NCBI GenBank assembly: GCA_947494115.1
Contig: CANLTT010000001.1
Span: forward strand, 192-64,191
DNA: 64,000 bases
From: Candidatus Caenarcanales bacterium
GTDB taxonomy: Bacteria; Cyanobacteriota; Vampirovibrionia; Caenarcaniphilales; Caenarcanaceae
Direction: 5' to 3'
The notes beneath the pieces are model-generated. The model saw nothing but the letters and a program-made list of their open reading frames with translations, did not search any database and was not told where the DNA came from. Shown here piece after piece: positions 9,444 through 19,560 of the stretch. Position 1 is the first letter of the stretch. Every line of letters starts with the position of its first letter. A program made the translations under genes and the position numbers.

Positions 9444-9782
9444 ATGTTATCAGGAATTCAAGGATTTGATAAAGGAATACTGAGGGCTCCACAAATAGGA
9501 AAAACCACAGAAATACCCGCAGAAACACCAACAGAACTACCAAAAACACCACCAAAAGGAGGCATTGGTAGTTGCATTACTCAGCAGGTCGTTTTTAAAC
9601 CACATGAAGAACCGCCTTTAGTTACAGGAAATGGGCAAACAAGAATTGTGTTTCTTGATACTTTAGTAGCCATGGCTTTTACGCTTGAGCAAATGGGATT
9701 CTATACAAAGCCTCAAAGTTTTGAATTTCCTGTTGAGACACCAGTAGAAATAGTAAAAATAGTAAAAACAAAAAAACATTAA
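9444..9782 (+). CDS. Hypothetical protein
   Basis: An ORF divergent from smc with no recognisable motifs. Confidence 0.3.
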   Translation: MLSGIQGFDKGILRAPQIGKTTEIPAETPTELPKTPPKGGIGSCITQQVVFKPHEEPPLVTGNGQTRIVFLDTLVAMAFTLEQMGFYTKPQSFEFPVETPVEIVKIVKTKKH

Positions 9783-9866
9783 TTCTCAAATAATTCCAGA
9801 AAATAAATAAAAATGCCAAATCTTGCTTTTTAAGCTTTAAGCTGATACATTTACTTAAAATATAAT

Positions 9867-10100
9867 ATGTCAAATCCTAAAAACAGCAAAGAAGGAACAC
9901 TTTTATTTGATGGTTTGGTCAAAGAAGCTAAGCCCAATGGAATGTTTATTGTCGAACTTGAAAATGGCCATGTCGTTTTGGCGCATATTTCAGGCAAAAT
10001 TAGAAAAAACTTTATAAGAATTTTACCAGGTGATAAAGTTACTGTAGAGCTTACGCCATATGATTTAAACCGAGGCCGCATTGTTTACCGAATTAAGTAA
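9867..10100 (+). CDS. infA: Translation initiation factor IF-1
   Basis: Shows near-canonical IF-1 S1-fold sequence: [47 protein letters not shown]. Confidence 0.95.
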   Translation: MSNPKNSKEGTLLFDGLVKEAKPNGMFIVELENGHVVLAHISGKIRKNFIRILPGDKVTVELTPYDLNRGRIVYRIK

Positions 10101-10102
10101 AT

Positions 10103-10648
10103 ATGGTTCTCAAGCAAGAAATAGAAGTTATTTTGTTTTGGAGAAATCAGCCTGTTTCTTTGAATAGTTTGTCTGAAAGCTTGCACTCAAACCCAAGCGA
10201 AGTAAAAAAAGCTTTAATGGACTTGATTCGTGAATATGAGCTTAGAGAGGGCGGTTTACAAATTAATTTCCGAGATAATGGTTATGCTTTAGAGCCAAAA
10301 GAAGAATTTATGCACTTGGCCGAAAATTTTGTACCGATCGATTTAAAAATTGGTGCTTTAAGAACTTTAGCCGTAATTGCCCTCAAAGAACCCGTAAAAC
10401 AAACCGATATTATTGAAGTTCGTGGCTCTGGCGCATATGAACACATTAAAGAATTGGCTGAAAATGGCTGGATAAAAAAACAACAAATTGGCCAAAGCTT
10501 TTTGCTAAGCACCAGTAATGCCTTTAAAAAACATTTTCGTTTGTCTGAGTCTGGCGATGAGCTTAAAGACAAATTACAAAAAATTATGGATGAAGTTCAA
10601 CAAGAAAAATTATTAGGCCTAGAAAATAAAGAAATTGCTTTAAGCTAA
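10103..10648 (+). CDS. scpB: Segregation and condensation protein B
   Basis: Two winged-helix ScpB repeats are present: EVILFWRNQPVSLNSL... and LRTLAVIALKEPVKQTDIIEVRGSGAYEHIKELAENGWI. Confidence 0.8.
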   Translation: MVLKQEIEVILFWRNQPVSLNSLSESLHSNPSEVKKALMDLIREYELREGGLQINFRDNGYALEPKEEFMHLAENFVPIDLKIGALRTLAVIALKEPVKQTDIIEVRGSGAYEHIKELAENGWIKKQQIGQSFLLSTSNAFKKHFRLSESGDELKDKLQKIMDEVQQEKLLGLENKEIALS

Positions 10649-10734
10649 AAAAATAAATAATTCTTGTTAATGTTTATAAGCTGTAGAAAACGATCAGATA
10701 AGTGCTATATTACTTTTTATTTTAATTAAATTCC

Positions 10735-11424
10735 ATGATTGAAACTCCAGAAAATGCGATTTATTGTTTGAATGATGAAATCGGCTTTGTCTCTTTGATT
10801 CAGCATATTGGTGATGATTGTACTATTGTTAATTCGGCACGTGTTTCTTTTGGCAAACAAATAAAAAGCATTGAAGATAAAGATAAAAAACTTATAAAAT
10901 ACTTGCTAGCAAATAAGCATGAAACGCCGCTTGAGCATAATAGCTTAACCTTTTTAGTTAAATGTCCTTTGTTTGTAGCTCGTCAATGGCTAAGGCACAG
11001 AATAGCCTCAATCAATGAAATTAGTTTTAGATATGTCGAAGCGGCCGAAGAATTTTATATACCACAATCTTTTAGAAAACAAAGCGAAAACAATAGACAA
11101 GCCAGTATTCAAGGTGATTTTGGCGAACAAGAAGAGCATAATAAAGAAATTTTTGATTTAGCGGTTAAAGAAAGTTATTTAGCTTATAAAAAATTATTGG
11201 CCGCTGGGGTGGCACGGGAACAGGCTAGAGCAGTTTTACCACTTGCCACTTATACTCAATATTATTGGACAGTTAATTTAAGAGCTTTTTTGCATTTTAT
11301 TAAGCTCAGAGCGCATAAAGATGCCCAATTTGAAATTCAACAATATGCTAATGCTATGCTTTTACAAGTTGAGAGTATTTTTCCTGAAACAATTAGTATT
11401 TGGAAAGAATTAAATAAAACTTAA
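10735..11424 (+). CDS. thyX: FAD-dependent thymidylate synthase
   Basis: Carries the ThyX signature motif RHRIASINEISFRY (RHRX7S). Confidence 0.9.
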   Translation: MIETPENAIYCLNDEIGFVSLIQHIGDDCTIVNSARVSFGKQIKSIEDKDKKLIKYLLANKHETPLEHNSLTFLVKCPLFVARQWLRHRIASINEISFRYVEAAEEFYIPQSFRKQSENNRQASIQGDFGEQEEHNKEIFDLAVKESYLAYKKLLAAGVAREQARAVLPLATYTQYYWTVNLRAFLHFIKLRAHKDAQFEIQQYANAMLLQVESIFPETISIWKELNKT

Positions 11425-11427
11425 AGA

Positions 11428-11772
11428 ATGATTCCAGTTTATATTAGTATTGGTGCTGTTTGTGGTGCTTTGAGCCGTTATTATTTATCTATTTTGCTGA
11501 CTGGCCCAATTGGTATTTTTTTTATAAATATAACTGGTTGTTTTGTGATTGGATTGGTTGCGGGTTTTATGCCTAAATTGGCTTTTAAGAGTTTTTTTAT
11601 AATTGGCTTTTTAGGTTCTTATACAACTTTTTCGAGTTATAGCCTTGATGTATTTAATTTATACCAAAAAGAAAAATATTTACAGGCTTTTGCGTATTTT
11701 TGCTTAAGCCCTTTAATTGGTGTTTTAGCAACTTTTATCGGTTTTAAATTAGCCACAATAATCTCAAGATAA
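11428..11772 (+). CDS. crcB: Fluoride ion channel CrcB/FluC
   Basis: A small four-TM protein with GFLGSYTTFSSYSLD. Confidence 0.8.
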   Translation: MIPVYISIGAVCGALSRYYLSILLTGPIGIFFINITGCFVIGLVAGFMPKLAFKSFFIIGFLGSYTTFSSYSLDVFNLYQKEKYLQAFAYFCLSPLIGVLATFIGFKLATIISR

Positions 11773-11835
11773 TAAATTGTAATAAATTGTTTGGTGATAG
11801 TATTGTCTTTTGGTGTTTGATTTAACTTTATAATT

Positions 11836-14349
11836 TTGCCTAATAATTTAATTTTTAATCCTCAGCTAAAGGCTTTTGATGAGTTAGTAGCCATGAAGTA
11901 TCAGATTTATAATGGTTTGTTTTTAACTTTGCCTTTTGAAGAAATTGAAAATACTGGTGCGCATTTATCTTATTTAGCAAGCAATTGTAAAGCGGCTCTA
12001 GAAGCTGGACAAAACCCTAAAGAAATTATTGATAAATTTTTGACTGATACTCAAGATAAAACAAAAACATTATTTAAAATTTTACAATTTATCGAAAGAC
12101 AAGTGGTTTTATTTGATGCACTCGAAGATGCTGGCTTTGATCAAACCCACGATTTAAAAGGAATTGGTAATTTAGAAAATTTATTGAATACTATTAAAAC
12201 CCAAAATAAACAAAAAAAACTTGAGCAAATAATTCAAAATTATAAAACCCGACTAGTTTTAACCGCTCATCCTACGCAGTTTTACCCGAATGCAATTTTA
12301 GGTATAATCACCGATTTAAGCCAAGCAATTAAAAATAATGATTTAACCCAAATAAGAGATTTACTTTTACAAATGGGCAAAACACCTTTTAGAAATAAAC
12401 ATAAACCAAGCCCTTTAGATGAGGCCAAAAGTTTATTGTGGTATTTAGAAAATATATTCTATGAAACTTTACCTAATATTCAAAAACATTTTTTCGAAGA
12501 ACCAGTGGTTGAATTAGGTTTTTGGCCGGGTGGCGACCGAGACGGTAATCCTTTTGTTACGGCTGAAATTACTAAGCAAGTAGCTAATATCTTAAAAAAT
12601 AGTATTTTAAATTTATACCTAAAAGACCTTCAGCTTTTGAAGAAGCGTTTGACTTTTGATGGTATTGCCCAAAAACTACTTATAATTGAAGAAAAACTAC
12701 AAAGTAAATCGAAAAGTGAAATTTGTCAAATTGAAAATATAATTGATTATCAAAGTTCTTCTGCGCTTTTAGCTGATTTAGAGAGCCTAAAACAAGACCT
12801 AATTTGTAATCATCAAAGTTTGTTTTTAGATAAATTAAATAGTTTAATTATTAAAGTGCAAGTATTTGGTTTTCATTTTGCTTCGCTCGATTTGCGCCAA
12901 GATAGCCGTATTCACGGGCAAGCCTTAGCCGAAATAAGCCAAAATCCAAATTATATAAATTTACAACCCGAAGAGAAAATAAAAATACTTACTCAAATTA
13001 CTCTTCAGCCAAATTCGGCTTGTGGTCAGCTTACAGAAAATACTAAAGATGTTTTGGAATCTTTAAAAACTGCGCAAGAAATACAAAAAACAAATGGACT
13101 CAAAGGTTTGCACCGTTATATTATTAGTAATACTCAATCGCCTGCTAATATTCTTGAGATTATGGCTTTTGCCGCTAAAACTGATTGGCCGCTTGAACAG
13201 CTAGATTTAGACATTGTACCTTTATTTGAAACCATAAACGATTTAGAAAATGCTCAAATTACCATGCAAGCTTTATATGAAAATGAAATTTATAAGGCTC
13301 ATCTAAAGAGGCGAAACAATGAACAAATTATTATGCTCGGGTTTTCAGATGGAACCAAAGATGGCGGTTATATTGCCGCAAATTGGGCTATTTATAAGGC
13401 AAAAGAAAAATTAACCCAAATTTCTCGGCAAGCCCAAATTAAAGTAATATTTTTTGATGGTCGAGGTGGTCCTCCAGCGCGTGGCGGCGGAAATACTCAT
13501 CGTTTTTATCGTTCTCTTGGTTCTTCTATTGAGCAAGAACAAATTCATTTAACCATTCAAGGTCAAACTATTTCGGCAAACTTTGGTATTCATGAGGCGG
13601 CACAATATAATTTTGAACAAATTTTTACGGCTGGTTTAGAACAAAAAGTTTTTCCTGAAAAAGCCCATGAAATGACAATTGACGAAAAAAACTTACTTGA
13701 AGAACTGGCTCTCATTTCATACAAAGCTTATTTAGAATTACGCAATCATAAATTGTTTTTGCCCTATCTAGAAGAAGCAACTCCTTTAAATTATTATAAT
13801 GAATTGAATATTGGAAGCAGACCAGCCCGCCGCAAAGCCAAAGACAAAGCACAGTTTGAAGATTTGCGGGCTATTCCTTTTGTAGGGGCGTGGACTCAAA
13901 TGAAACAAAATATATCGGGTTTTTATGGTTTAGGTAGCGGTTTGCAAAAGCTCATTCAGGTTGGCTATTTGCAAGATTTGAAAAATTTATATAAAAACTG
14001 TTTATTCTTTCAGGCTCTTCTAGACAATGCCATGCAAAGTTTATCAAAGTCTTATTTTCCTTTAACCTATTATTTAAAAGACAATAGCAAGTTTGGCGAA
14101 TTTTGGAATTTGCTTTATGCTGAAGCCAAGCTGACAGAGGACTTATTAAAGGAAATTTCAGATCAAGAAGAATTATTGCAATGCGCCGAAGTAAGCCGTT
14201 ATTCAATTATTATGCGTGAAAAAATAATTTTACCTTTGCTTGTCATTCAGCATTATGCCCTAAGCCTTCCAGACAAACAAGAAATTCATCATAAAATAAT
14301 AACAAAATCGCTGGCCGCTAATGTCAATGCTAGCCGCAATTCGGTTTAA
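11836..14349 (+). CDS. ppc: Phosphoenolpyruvate carboxylase
   Basis: Contains the PEPC motifs VLTAHPTQ, GYSDGTKDGG-like region and FDGRGGPPARGGGNTHR. Confidence 0.9.
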   Translation: MPNNLIFNPQLKAFDELVAMKYQIYNGLFLTLPFEEIENTGAHLSYLASNCKAALEAGQNPKEIIDKFLTDTQDKTKTLFKILQFIERQVVLFDALEDAGFDQTHDLKGIGNLENLLNTIKTQNKQKKLEQIIQNYKTRLVLTAHPTQFYPNAILGIITDLSQAIKNNDLTQIRDLLLQMGKTPFRNKHKPSPLDEAKSLLWYLENIFYETLPNIQKHFFEEPVVELGFWPGGDRDGNPFVTAEITKQVANILKNSILNLYLKDLQLLKKRLTFDGIAQKLLIIEEKLQSKSKSEICQIENIIDYQSSSALLADLESLKQDLICNHQSLFLDKLNSLIIKVQVFGFHFASLDLRQDSRIHGQALAEISQNPNYINLQPEEKIKILTQITLQPNSACGQLTENTKDVLESLKTAQEIQKTNGLKGLHRYIISNTQSPANILEIMAFAAKTDWPLEQLDLDIVPLFETINDLENAQITMQALYENEIYKAHLKRRNNEQIIMLGFSDGTKDGGYIAANWAIYKAKEKLTQISRQAQIKVIFFDGRGGPPARGGGNTHRFYRSLGSSIEQEQIHLTIQGQTISANFGIHEAAQYNFEQIFTAGLEQKVFPEKAHEMTIDEKNLLEELALISYKAYLELRNHKLFLPYLEEATPLNYYNELNIGSRPARRKAKDKAQFEDLRAIPFVGAWTQMKQNISGFYGLGSGLQKLIQVGYLQDLKNLYKNCLFFQALLDNAMQSLSKSYFPLTYYLKDNSKFGEFWNLLYAEAKLTEDLLKEISDQEELLQCAEVSRYSIIMREKIILPLLVIQHYALSLPDKQEIHHKIITKSLAANVNASRNSV

Positions 14350-14388
14350 ATTAATAATTAGACTAAAGTTTTAAACCCAAAAAAGTTT

Positions 14389-15195
14389 TCAAGCATAAGT
14401 ATTTATGGTTCGATAAAAAGGAGTAATCTTATTTGCGGCTTTTTCGGCTTCTTCAGAGGCTTTTTTTATTGAATTTTGAACTTCTTGCGAACCTAAATCT
14501 AAACCTAAAACTGTCTCTTCCCCACCAATTTGCTTTTGCACCATTATAGCGTGAGCCGTGTTTTCTTCATCGGTAACTATTGCGCCTGAATCGCCTTCAA
14601 GGAATTTCTTATCACCTTTATTATTTGCCAAGGCCACCATATTTTCTTTGGATGGGTTTTGGCTTGAAGAAGAGCTTTTTGCGGACGCAAGATTTTCAGC
14701 GGGTAGAATATTTGTGTTTTCTATAATTTCTGTTTCTCTGTCTTTGTTAAGTGTGCCACCTCCAAAACCGCTAGAGACATGAAGTTCTTCGTCGGTAGGT
14801 ATTATAGAATTAGCCTCAGGAAGTTTAGTATTTGTTTGAGGTAACTTTAAACCTGTTTCAATTACACCAATATCAACACCTTTGGCTCCCGCTATAACGG
14901 CATTTTCCACTTTTCCAATTTCTCGGCCTGTGCTTTTTTGCTGAAAAGTTACAGTTGTATTTTCTTCCATCCATGAATTACCACTTAGATATGTATCTTT
15001 ATCAACAGCACCATGAGCCGCACTTACAATCTCAGTTTCACCTTTTTTGTTTTTAATTAAGTTTCCAGTGGTTACAGCTACTATTCCATTATTTTTAGGA
15101 GATTCTATTTTAATAGCTAAATCATTACTTGGTACTTTGTGAAGATTTTCTTCTAATTGTTGTCTGGCTTCTTGCCCTCTAGGAAGTACTTTCAT
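14389..15195 (-). CDS. Putative trypsin-like (S1 family) serine peptidase, no signal peptide
   Basis: A candidate catalytic triad occurs with trypsin-like spacing: SAAHGAV (His), VDIGVIE (Asp) and EGDSGAIV (Ser). Confidence 0.45.
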   Translation of the reverse strand: MKVLPRGQEARQQLEENLHKVPSNDLAIKIESPKNNGIVAVTTGNLIKNKKGETEIVSAAHGAVDKDTYLSGNSWMEENTTVTFQQKSTGREIGKVENAVIAGAKGVDIGVIETGLKLPQTNTKLPEANSIIPTDEELHVSSGFGGGTLNKDRETEIIENTNILPAENLASAKSSSSSQNPSKENMVALANNKGDKKFLEGDSGAIVTDEENTAHAIMVQKQIGGEETVLGLDLGSQEVQNSIKKASEEAEKAANKITPFYRTINTYA

Positions 15196-15335
15196 ATTTT
15201 TATTAACCCCTCTGTTTTAAATATAACAAAAGCAAGCCATTAATCCGCAAAAAGTTTAAAGCAAATCAGCAGTTTAAAAAAACCTCTAATAAAAATTTTT
15301 AGGTAAAATGAAAATCAACTTAAATAATATTTACT

Positions 15336-16382
15336 ATGAAATCTTCAATTGAAAAAACAAAATTACCCCGTTTGGCTATTTTAGGGGCTGGCGGTTTGGG
15401 AGCCGAAATGCTGGTTTTATTGCAAAAAAGGCTTTGCGCTAATGTGGTGGCTTTGGCTGATAAAAGCGGTTTTGTGTTCAATGGCCAAGGTTTAAATACT
15501 TTAGATTGCCTTGAAGGTTTAGTCCGTGAAAAAAAAGTTAGTGGCATTTTGGGGGCGCAAGCTTCTGATAATTCAATTGAAGAACTTTTAGATTTAAATG
15601 CCCAAAATATTGATGCTATTTTTTATGCTTTGCCCAATTTACCAAATGAATTTATTCCAAATATTACAAAACAAATTATTCACAATTCGGCTTTTGAAGG
15701 TGTAATTGTTGATGCTCTCAAACGCACAACTGCCGTAAAACTATTGCATTCTTTAGATTCAGAGCTTAAAAACCGCAAAATACTTTATTTAACTGGTTGT
15801 GGAGCTACACCCGGAATGCTTACGGCGGCGGCTTCTTTGGCGGCTCAGTCTTTTATTGAAATTACAAATATTGAAATTACTTTTGGGGTTGGTATTGCAA
15901 ATTGGCAAGCTTATAGAGCCACTATCCGTGAAGATATTGCCCACCTTGAAGGTTTTAGCGTAGAAAAAGTAAATAATATGAGCGAAGCCGAAATTGATGC
16001 CGAACTTGAAAAGCGTAATGGAATTTTAGAATTGGTTGATATGGAGCACGCAGACGATATAATGCTTGAGCTTGCTGGTATTTGTTCTGCTGACAAAGTA
16101 AAAGTAGGCGGCATTGTAGACACTCGCAGTGCTAAAAAACCAATTTCGACTAATGTTAAAATAACTGGAATCACTTATCAGAACAAGGTTTCAACTCATA
16201 CTTTTACGCTTGGCGATGAAACCACTATGGCCGCTAATGTGAATGGAACTGTTTTGGGTTATTTGAATGCTGGCTTGCATTTGCGTCAAGAATATGGTGT
16301 TTATGGTCTTAAAACCGCCGCCGAGATTATGCCACGCTTTCAGCCCGTATTAGTAAAAACCGCAAAGGAACTTTTAGTTTAA
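15336..16382 (+). CDS. NAD(P)-binding Rossmann-fold oxidoreductase, tentatively saccharopine-dehydrogenase-like
   Basis: Has an N-terminal LAILGAGGLGAEM dinucleotide-binding motif. The exact family cannot be resolved by eye. Confidence 0.35.
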   Translation: MKSSIEKTKLPRLAILGAGGLGAEMLVLLQKRLCANVVALADKSGFVFNGQGLNTLDCLEGLVREKKVSGILGAQASDNSIEELLDLNAQNIDAIFYALPNLPNEFIPNITKQIIHNSAFEGVIVDALKRTTAVKLLHSLDSELKNRKILYLTGCGATPGMLTAAASLAAQSFIEITNIEITFGVGIANWQAYRATIREDIAHLEGFSVEKVNNMSEAEIDAELEKRNGILELVDMEHADDIMLELAGICSADKVKVGGIVDTRSAKKPISTNVKITGITYQNKVSTHTFTLGDETTMAANVNGTVLGYLNAGLHLRQEYGVYGLKTAAEIMPRFQPVLVKTAKELLV

Positions 16383-16400
16383 AACAATCTCTTTATTTTT

Positions 16401-16685
16401 ATGAAGATTACACGCCAGCTTTGTTTATTTGTTTTTTTGTTAGTTTTATCTTTGCAAGCTTGGAGAGGGGCTTTTAGTAATACGTGGCATATTGCAAAAA
16501 GCTATATTCAGCTCAAAGACTTGCAATCTTCAGAGGCCATGCTTTTAGCGCAAAATAAAAAAATGTTATCCGAATTAAAAACAATCAAGCAAAATCCAGC
16601 TTTAGCTGTCGCCGAAAAGGGAAGCCAAGAATTTAATTTAGTACAAAATCCAGAGCAAGAAATTATTATAAATTTTCCAGACTAA
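16401..16685 (+). CDS. Septum formation initiator-like protein (FtsB/DivIC family)
   Basis: A single N-terminal TM helix is followed by a coiled coil and a C-terminal NPALAVAEKGSQEFNLVQNPEQEII, which resembles the FtsB DPDYIE...LG...PGE tail. Confidence 0.45.
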   Translation: MKITRQLCLFVFLLVLSLQAWRGAFSNTWHIAKSYIQLKDLQSSEAMLLAQNKKMLSELKTIKQNPALAVAEKGSQEFNLVQNPEQEIIINFPD

Positions 16686-16739
16686 AAAGAATTTCTTTGA
16701 TTGGCGGCGTTCAGTGAAGTGATTCAAAAACTTGATTTG

Positions 16740-17597
16740 TTAAACCTGAAAAATTTGCTTATAAGAATGGCAATAGGGTTTTTTTAGAGTTTTTTGATAA
16801 TAATTTTGATGATAAATTTCGGCTGGATAAAATGATTTGGCCGATAGAATTTGGGTGGCTGGCTGATAATTCATTTTAAGTAATTTTTGCATTAAATTTT
16901 CTGCGACCTGTTTTTGCTCTTCATTTTGATAAAAAATTACCGACTCATATTGCTCACCTAAATCTGGACTTTGGCCGTTCTGTTGCTCGAAGTTGTGAAT
17001 TTCAAAAAAGTATTTTAAGACCTTTTCTAAATCTAATTTTTGCTTATTAAATAAAATTTCTACCACTTCAAAATGGCCAGTTTTTCCAGTGCAAATTTGC
17101 TCATAATTAGGATTTTCAAGACTGCCACCGCTATAACCACTGACAGCTGATAATACTCCTGCCAGTTTTTTAAACCAATATTCCACTCCCCAAAAACAGC
17201 CCGCTCCAACTATTACGGTTTCTAATTTTTCAGCCTCAATAAAATCCAAACTACTTGAATTTACGCAATGTCTAATATTTTTTTGTGTTAATTTTTCACC
17301 CGCAAAAACATGACCCAAATGAGACTGGCAATAATTACAAATAATCTCAATTCTTCGACCATCTTTGTCAGGGATTTTAGCTACGCTATCCACGCCCTCA
17401 TCATCAAAAGCTGGCCATCCGCAACCAGAATTAAATTTATCACGGCTATAATAAAGCAAATTGCCACAGTTTTTACAGGTATAAATTCCATTTTCAAAAT
17501 GTTTGTCATATTCTCCGCTAAAAGGTGCTTCGGTGGCTTTGTCGAAGAGAACTTGTTTTTCAAATGGGCTTAGATTTGGATTGATTTGATTAGACAT
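16740..17597 (-). CDS. msrAB: Bifunctional peptide methionine sulfoxide reductase MsrB-MsrA
   Basis: The N-terminal MsrB half has CxxC...CGWPAF...HLGHVF. The C-terminal MsrA half has GAGCFWGVE. Confidence 0.9.
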   Translation of the reverse strand: MSNQINPNLSPFEKQVLFDKATEAPFSGEYDKHFENGIYTCKNCGNLLYYSRDKFNSGCGWPAFDDEGVDSVAKIPDKDGRRIEIICNYCQSHLGHVFAGEKLTQKNIRHCVNSSSLDFIEAEKLETVIVGAGCFWGVEYWFKKLAGVLSAVSGYSGGSLENPNYEQICTGKTGHFEVVEILFNKQKLDLEKVLKYFFEIHNFEQQNGQSPDLGEQYESVIFYQNEEQKQVAENLMQKLLKMNYQPATQILSAKSFYPAEIYHQNYYQKTLKKPYCHSYKQIFQV

Positions 17598-17729
17598 TAG
17601 CTTAAATTAAAAGAATAGTAATTGTTAATAACAGCTTAGTTTTATTTGATTGATTTAATCATACTTGTTGCTGGTCAATTTGGCTGAATAGACTATTCTC
17701 TGGGTATTATTTTGCGTAAGCTGAAATTA

Positions 17730-19508
17730 TTATAAACTTTTGGCAGTAGAAAGAATTTCTTTGATTTGGGCTTTGAGAGAGTCTGTTTCTTTGGTATTAA
17801 GTTTTTTGTATAAATTTTCTAGTTCTAAATGAATTAAACGTTGAGAGGAATTATTTAAAGAATTTTGGCTTAAGGCTTGCTTGTAAAGCGCAAAACACTT
17901 TTGATAGTTTTCATTTGGTTTTTCATATTTGGCTAATTCTAAATAATTTTGGGCAAGTAAACGGCGAATCGTAATTGAATTTTCTTCTTCATTGAGAGCT
18001 TTGTAATAAGCTTTGAGTGATAATTTTAAAGTAGCTGGTGAATTATTATTTTGATAAATTTCATATTGAATTAAACCAATATTCTGATAAACAAAACTAT
18101 ATCTTTTGGGTTGCTTTTGCGGATCGTAGAATTTAAGCGACTTTTGAAATGAATTTAAAGCCAAATCTAATTGTTTTAAAGAATCTTTGTATCTCGAAAT
18201 ACCTAAATATGATAAACCAAGCAAGCTATACCAAAAACCACGATCTTCATTATTCTCTGAGCTTTTAATGGCATCTTGGCAAAGTGGAATAAAAGTATTT
18301 TGTACTATTTTCCAAAAACCCAATTCGAGTAAAATTGCTTGAATATATAAAATTAAATATTGATTTGTGGCAAAGTTTTTTTGTTTACAAATAGAATCTA
18401 AAATAGTCAAAGCCTGCTCTAACTGGGTAATCCAAATTGTTTTTTCTTTCCATAAATAATTGCTTTCTATACGACGAGCCAAAAGATTATTAATAGAAAC
18501 TAAGTTTTGTGAATAATTGTTTGCTAAAAATTGCTTTAAATAATCTGGAATTTGATATACATCATTAATTTTACGCAAGCAAAAAGTGTTTTCTAAAAAG
18601 AATAAAACTATTTGAAATTCCTCTTTTGATGAGATAAAAGAACTGCATAATACAAATAAATCATTAACGGTAAAACCCGAAGAAGGTAAATAAGAAGCTA
18701 TTTGCAATAAATAATTAATTTCGGGCGGATAATACTTTTGTAATAAATATGCTAAAAGATTTTGGGTTTTTTTAGTATAAGCTCCCAAAGAAGAACTAGA
18801 ACTATTTTGTAAAGTTGTTAAAGCCATAAAAATTATTTCAGGAAATTTATCACAATTATTAATTAAACTAATTATTTCTTTTTTATCTGCCGAAGTTAAA
18901 ATTAAATCATTGCGCAGTTTGAGCATTCCAAGCGCAAATTCACCAGCTCTTTCACTACTTAAAGGCAAAATTTCGATATTATATAAATTATCTAAAGTAA
19001 TATTATAAGTTTTATTATAATTTATTAAAATTACTTGTGCCGACTTTAGGCTTTCTAAGAGGATTTTTAATTCGTCTAAAGGAAGATTTTTAATATTTTC
19101 TAAAACAAATATTACTTTATTTTGCTTTACAAACTTTTCTAATTGTTCTAAAGGTTCTATGGCTGGTTTTTGTTCAAGCTCTTTAAGCAAAATTAAAGCG
19201 ATTGCTTCGGCATCTTTAAAAACGTTTACAAGCCTAAGATGAACCTTTAAGGGAATATCATTTAAAAAATTTTGTATAAAATAAAAAAGCCCATAATGTT
19301 CGGAAACTTGCAGACTAATAATTTTTTTTTGCGCTAATTGGTTTTCAATTTGGTCTTTTAAAGAGGCCAATTCAGAATTCAAGAAAAATAAAAAGCAATT
19401 TTTTCTCTCTATAATTGCCAGTTTCTGCATTCGAACTTCTTGCAAAAATGGAGCAAGCTCTTTTTCTTTCTGAAATATTTTATTAAACCAATTTTTTTGC
19501 GATTTCAT
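17730..19508 (-). CDS. Tetratricopeptide-repeat protein
   Basis: The C-terminal half contains repeated TPR-like helices (LAQNYLELAKYE, ALYKQALSQN and others). Confidence 0.45.
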   Translation of the reverse strand: MKSQKNWFNKIFQKEKELAPFLQEVRMQKLAIIERKNCFLFFLNSELASLKDQIENQLAQKKIISLQVSEHYGLFYFIQNFLNDIPLKVHLRLVNVFKDAEAIALILLKELEQKPAIEPLEQLEKFVKQNKVIFVLENIKNLPLDELKILLESLKSAQVILINYNKTYNITLDNLYNIEILPLSSERAGEFALGMLKLRNDLILTSADKKEIISLINNCDKFPEIIFMALTTLQNSSSSSLGAYTKKTQNLLAYLLQKYYPPEINYLLQIASYLPSSGFTVNDLFVLCSSFISSKEEFQIVLFFLENTFCLRKINDVYQIPDYLKQFLANNYSQNLVSINNLLARRIESNYLWKEKTIWITQLEQALTILDSICKQKNFATNQYLILYIQAILLELGFWKIVQNTFIPLCQDAIKSSENNEDRGFWYSLLGLSYLGISRYKDSLKQLDLALNSFQKSLKFYDPQKQPKRYSFVYQNIGLIQYEIYQNNNSPATLKLSLKAYYKALNEEENSITIRRLLAQNYLELAKYEKPNENYQKCFALYKQALSQNSLNNSSQRLIHLELENLYKKLNTKETDSLKAQIKEILSTAKSL

Positions 19509-19560
19509 AGTTCATCCGAAGCATAAACTACAATTTACAATTAGTCAATAAGTTCCATAA

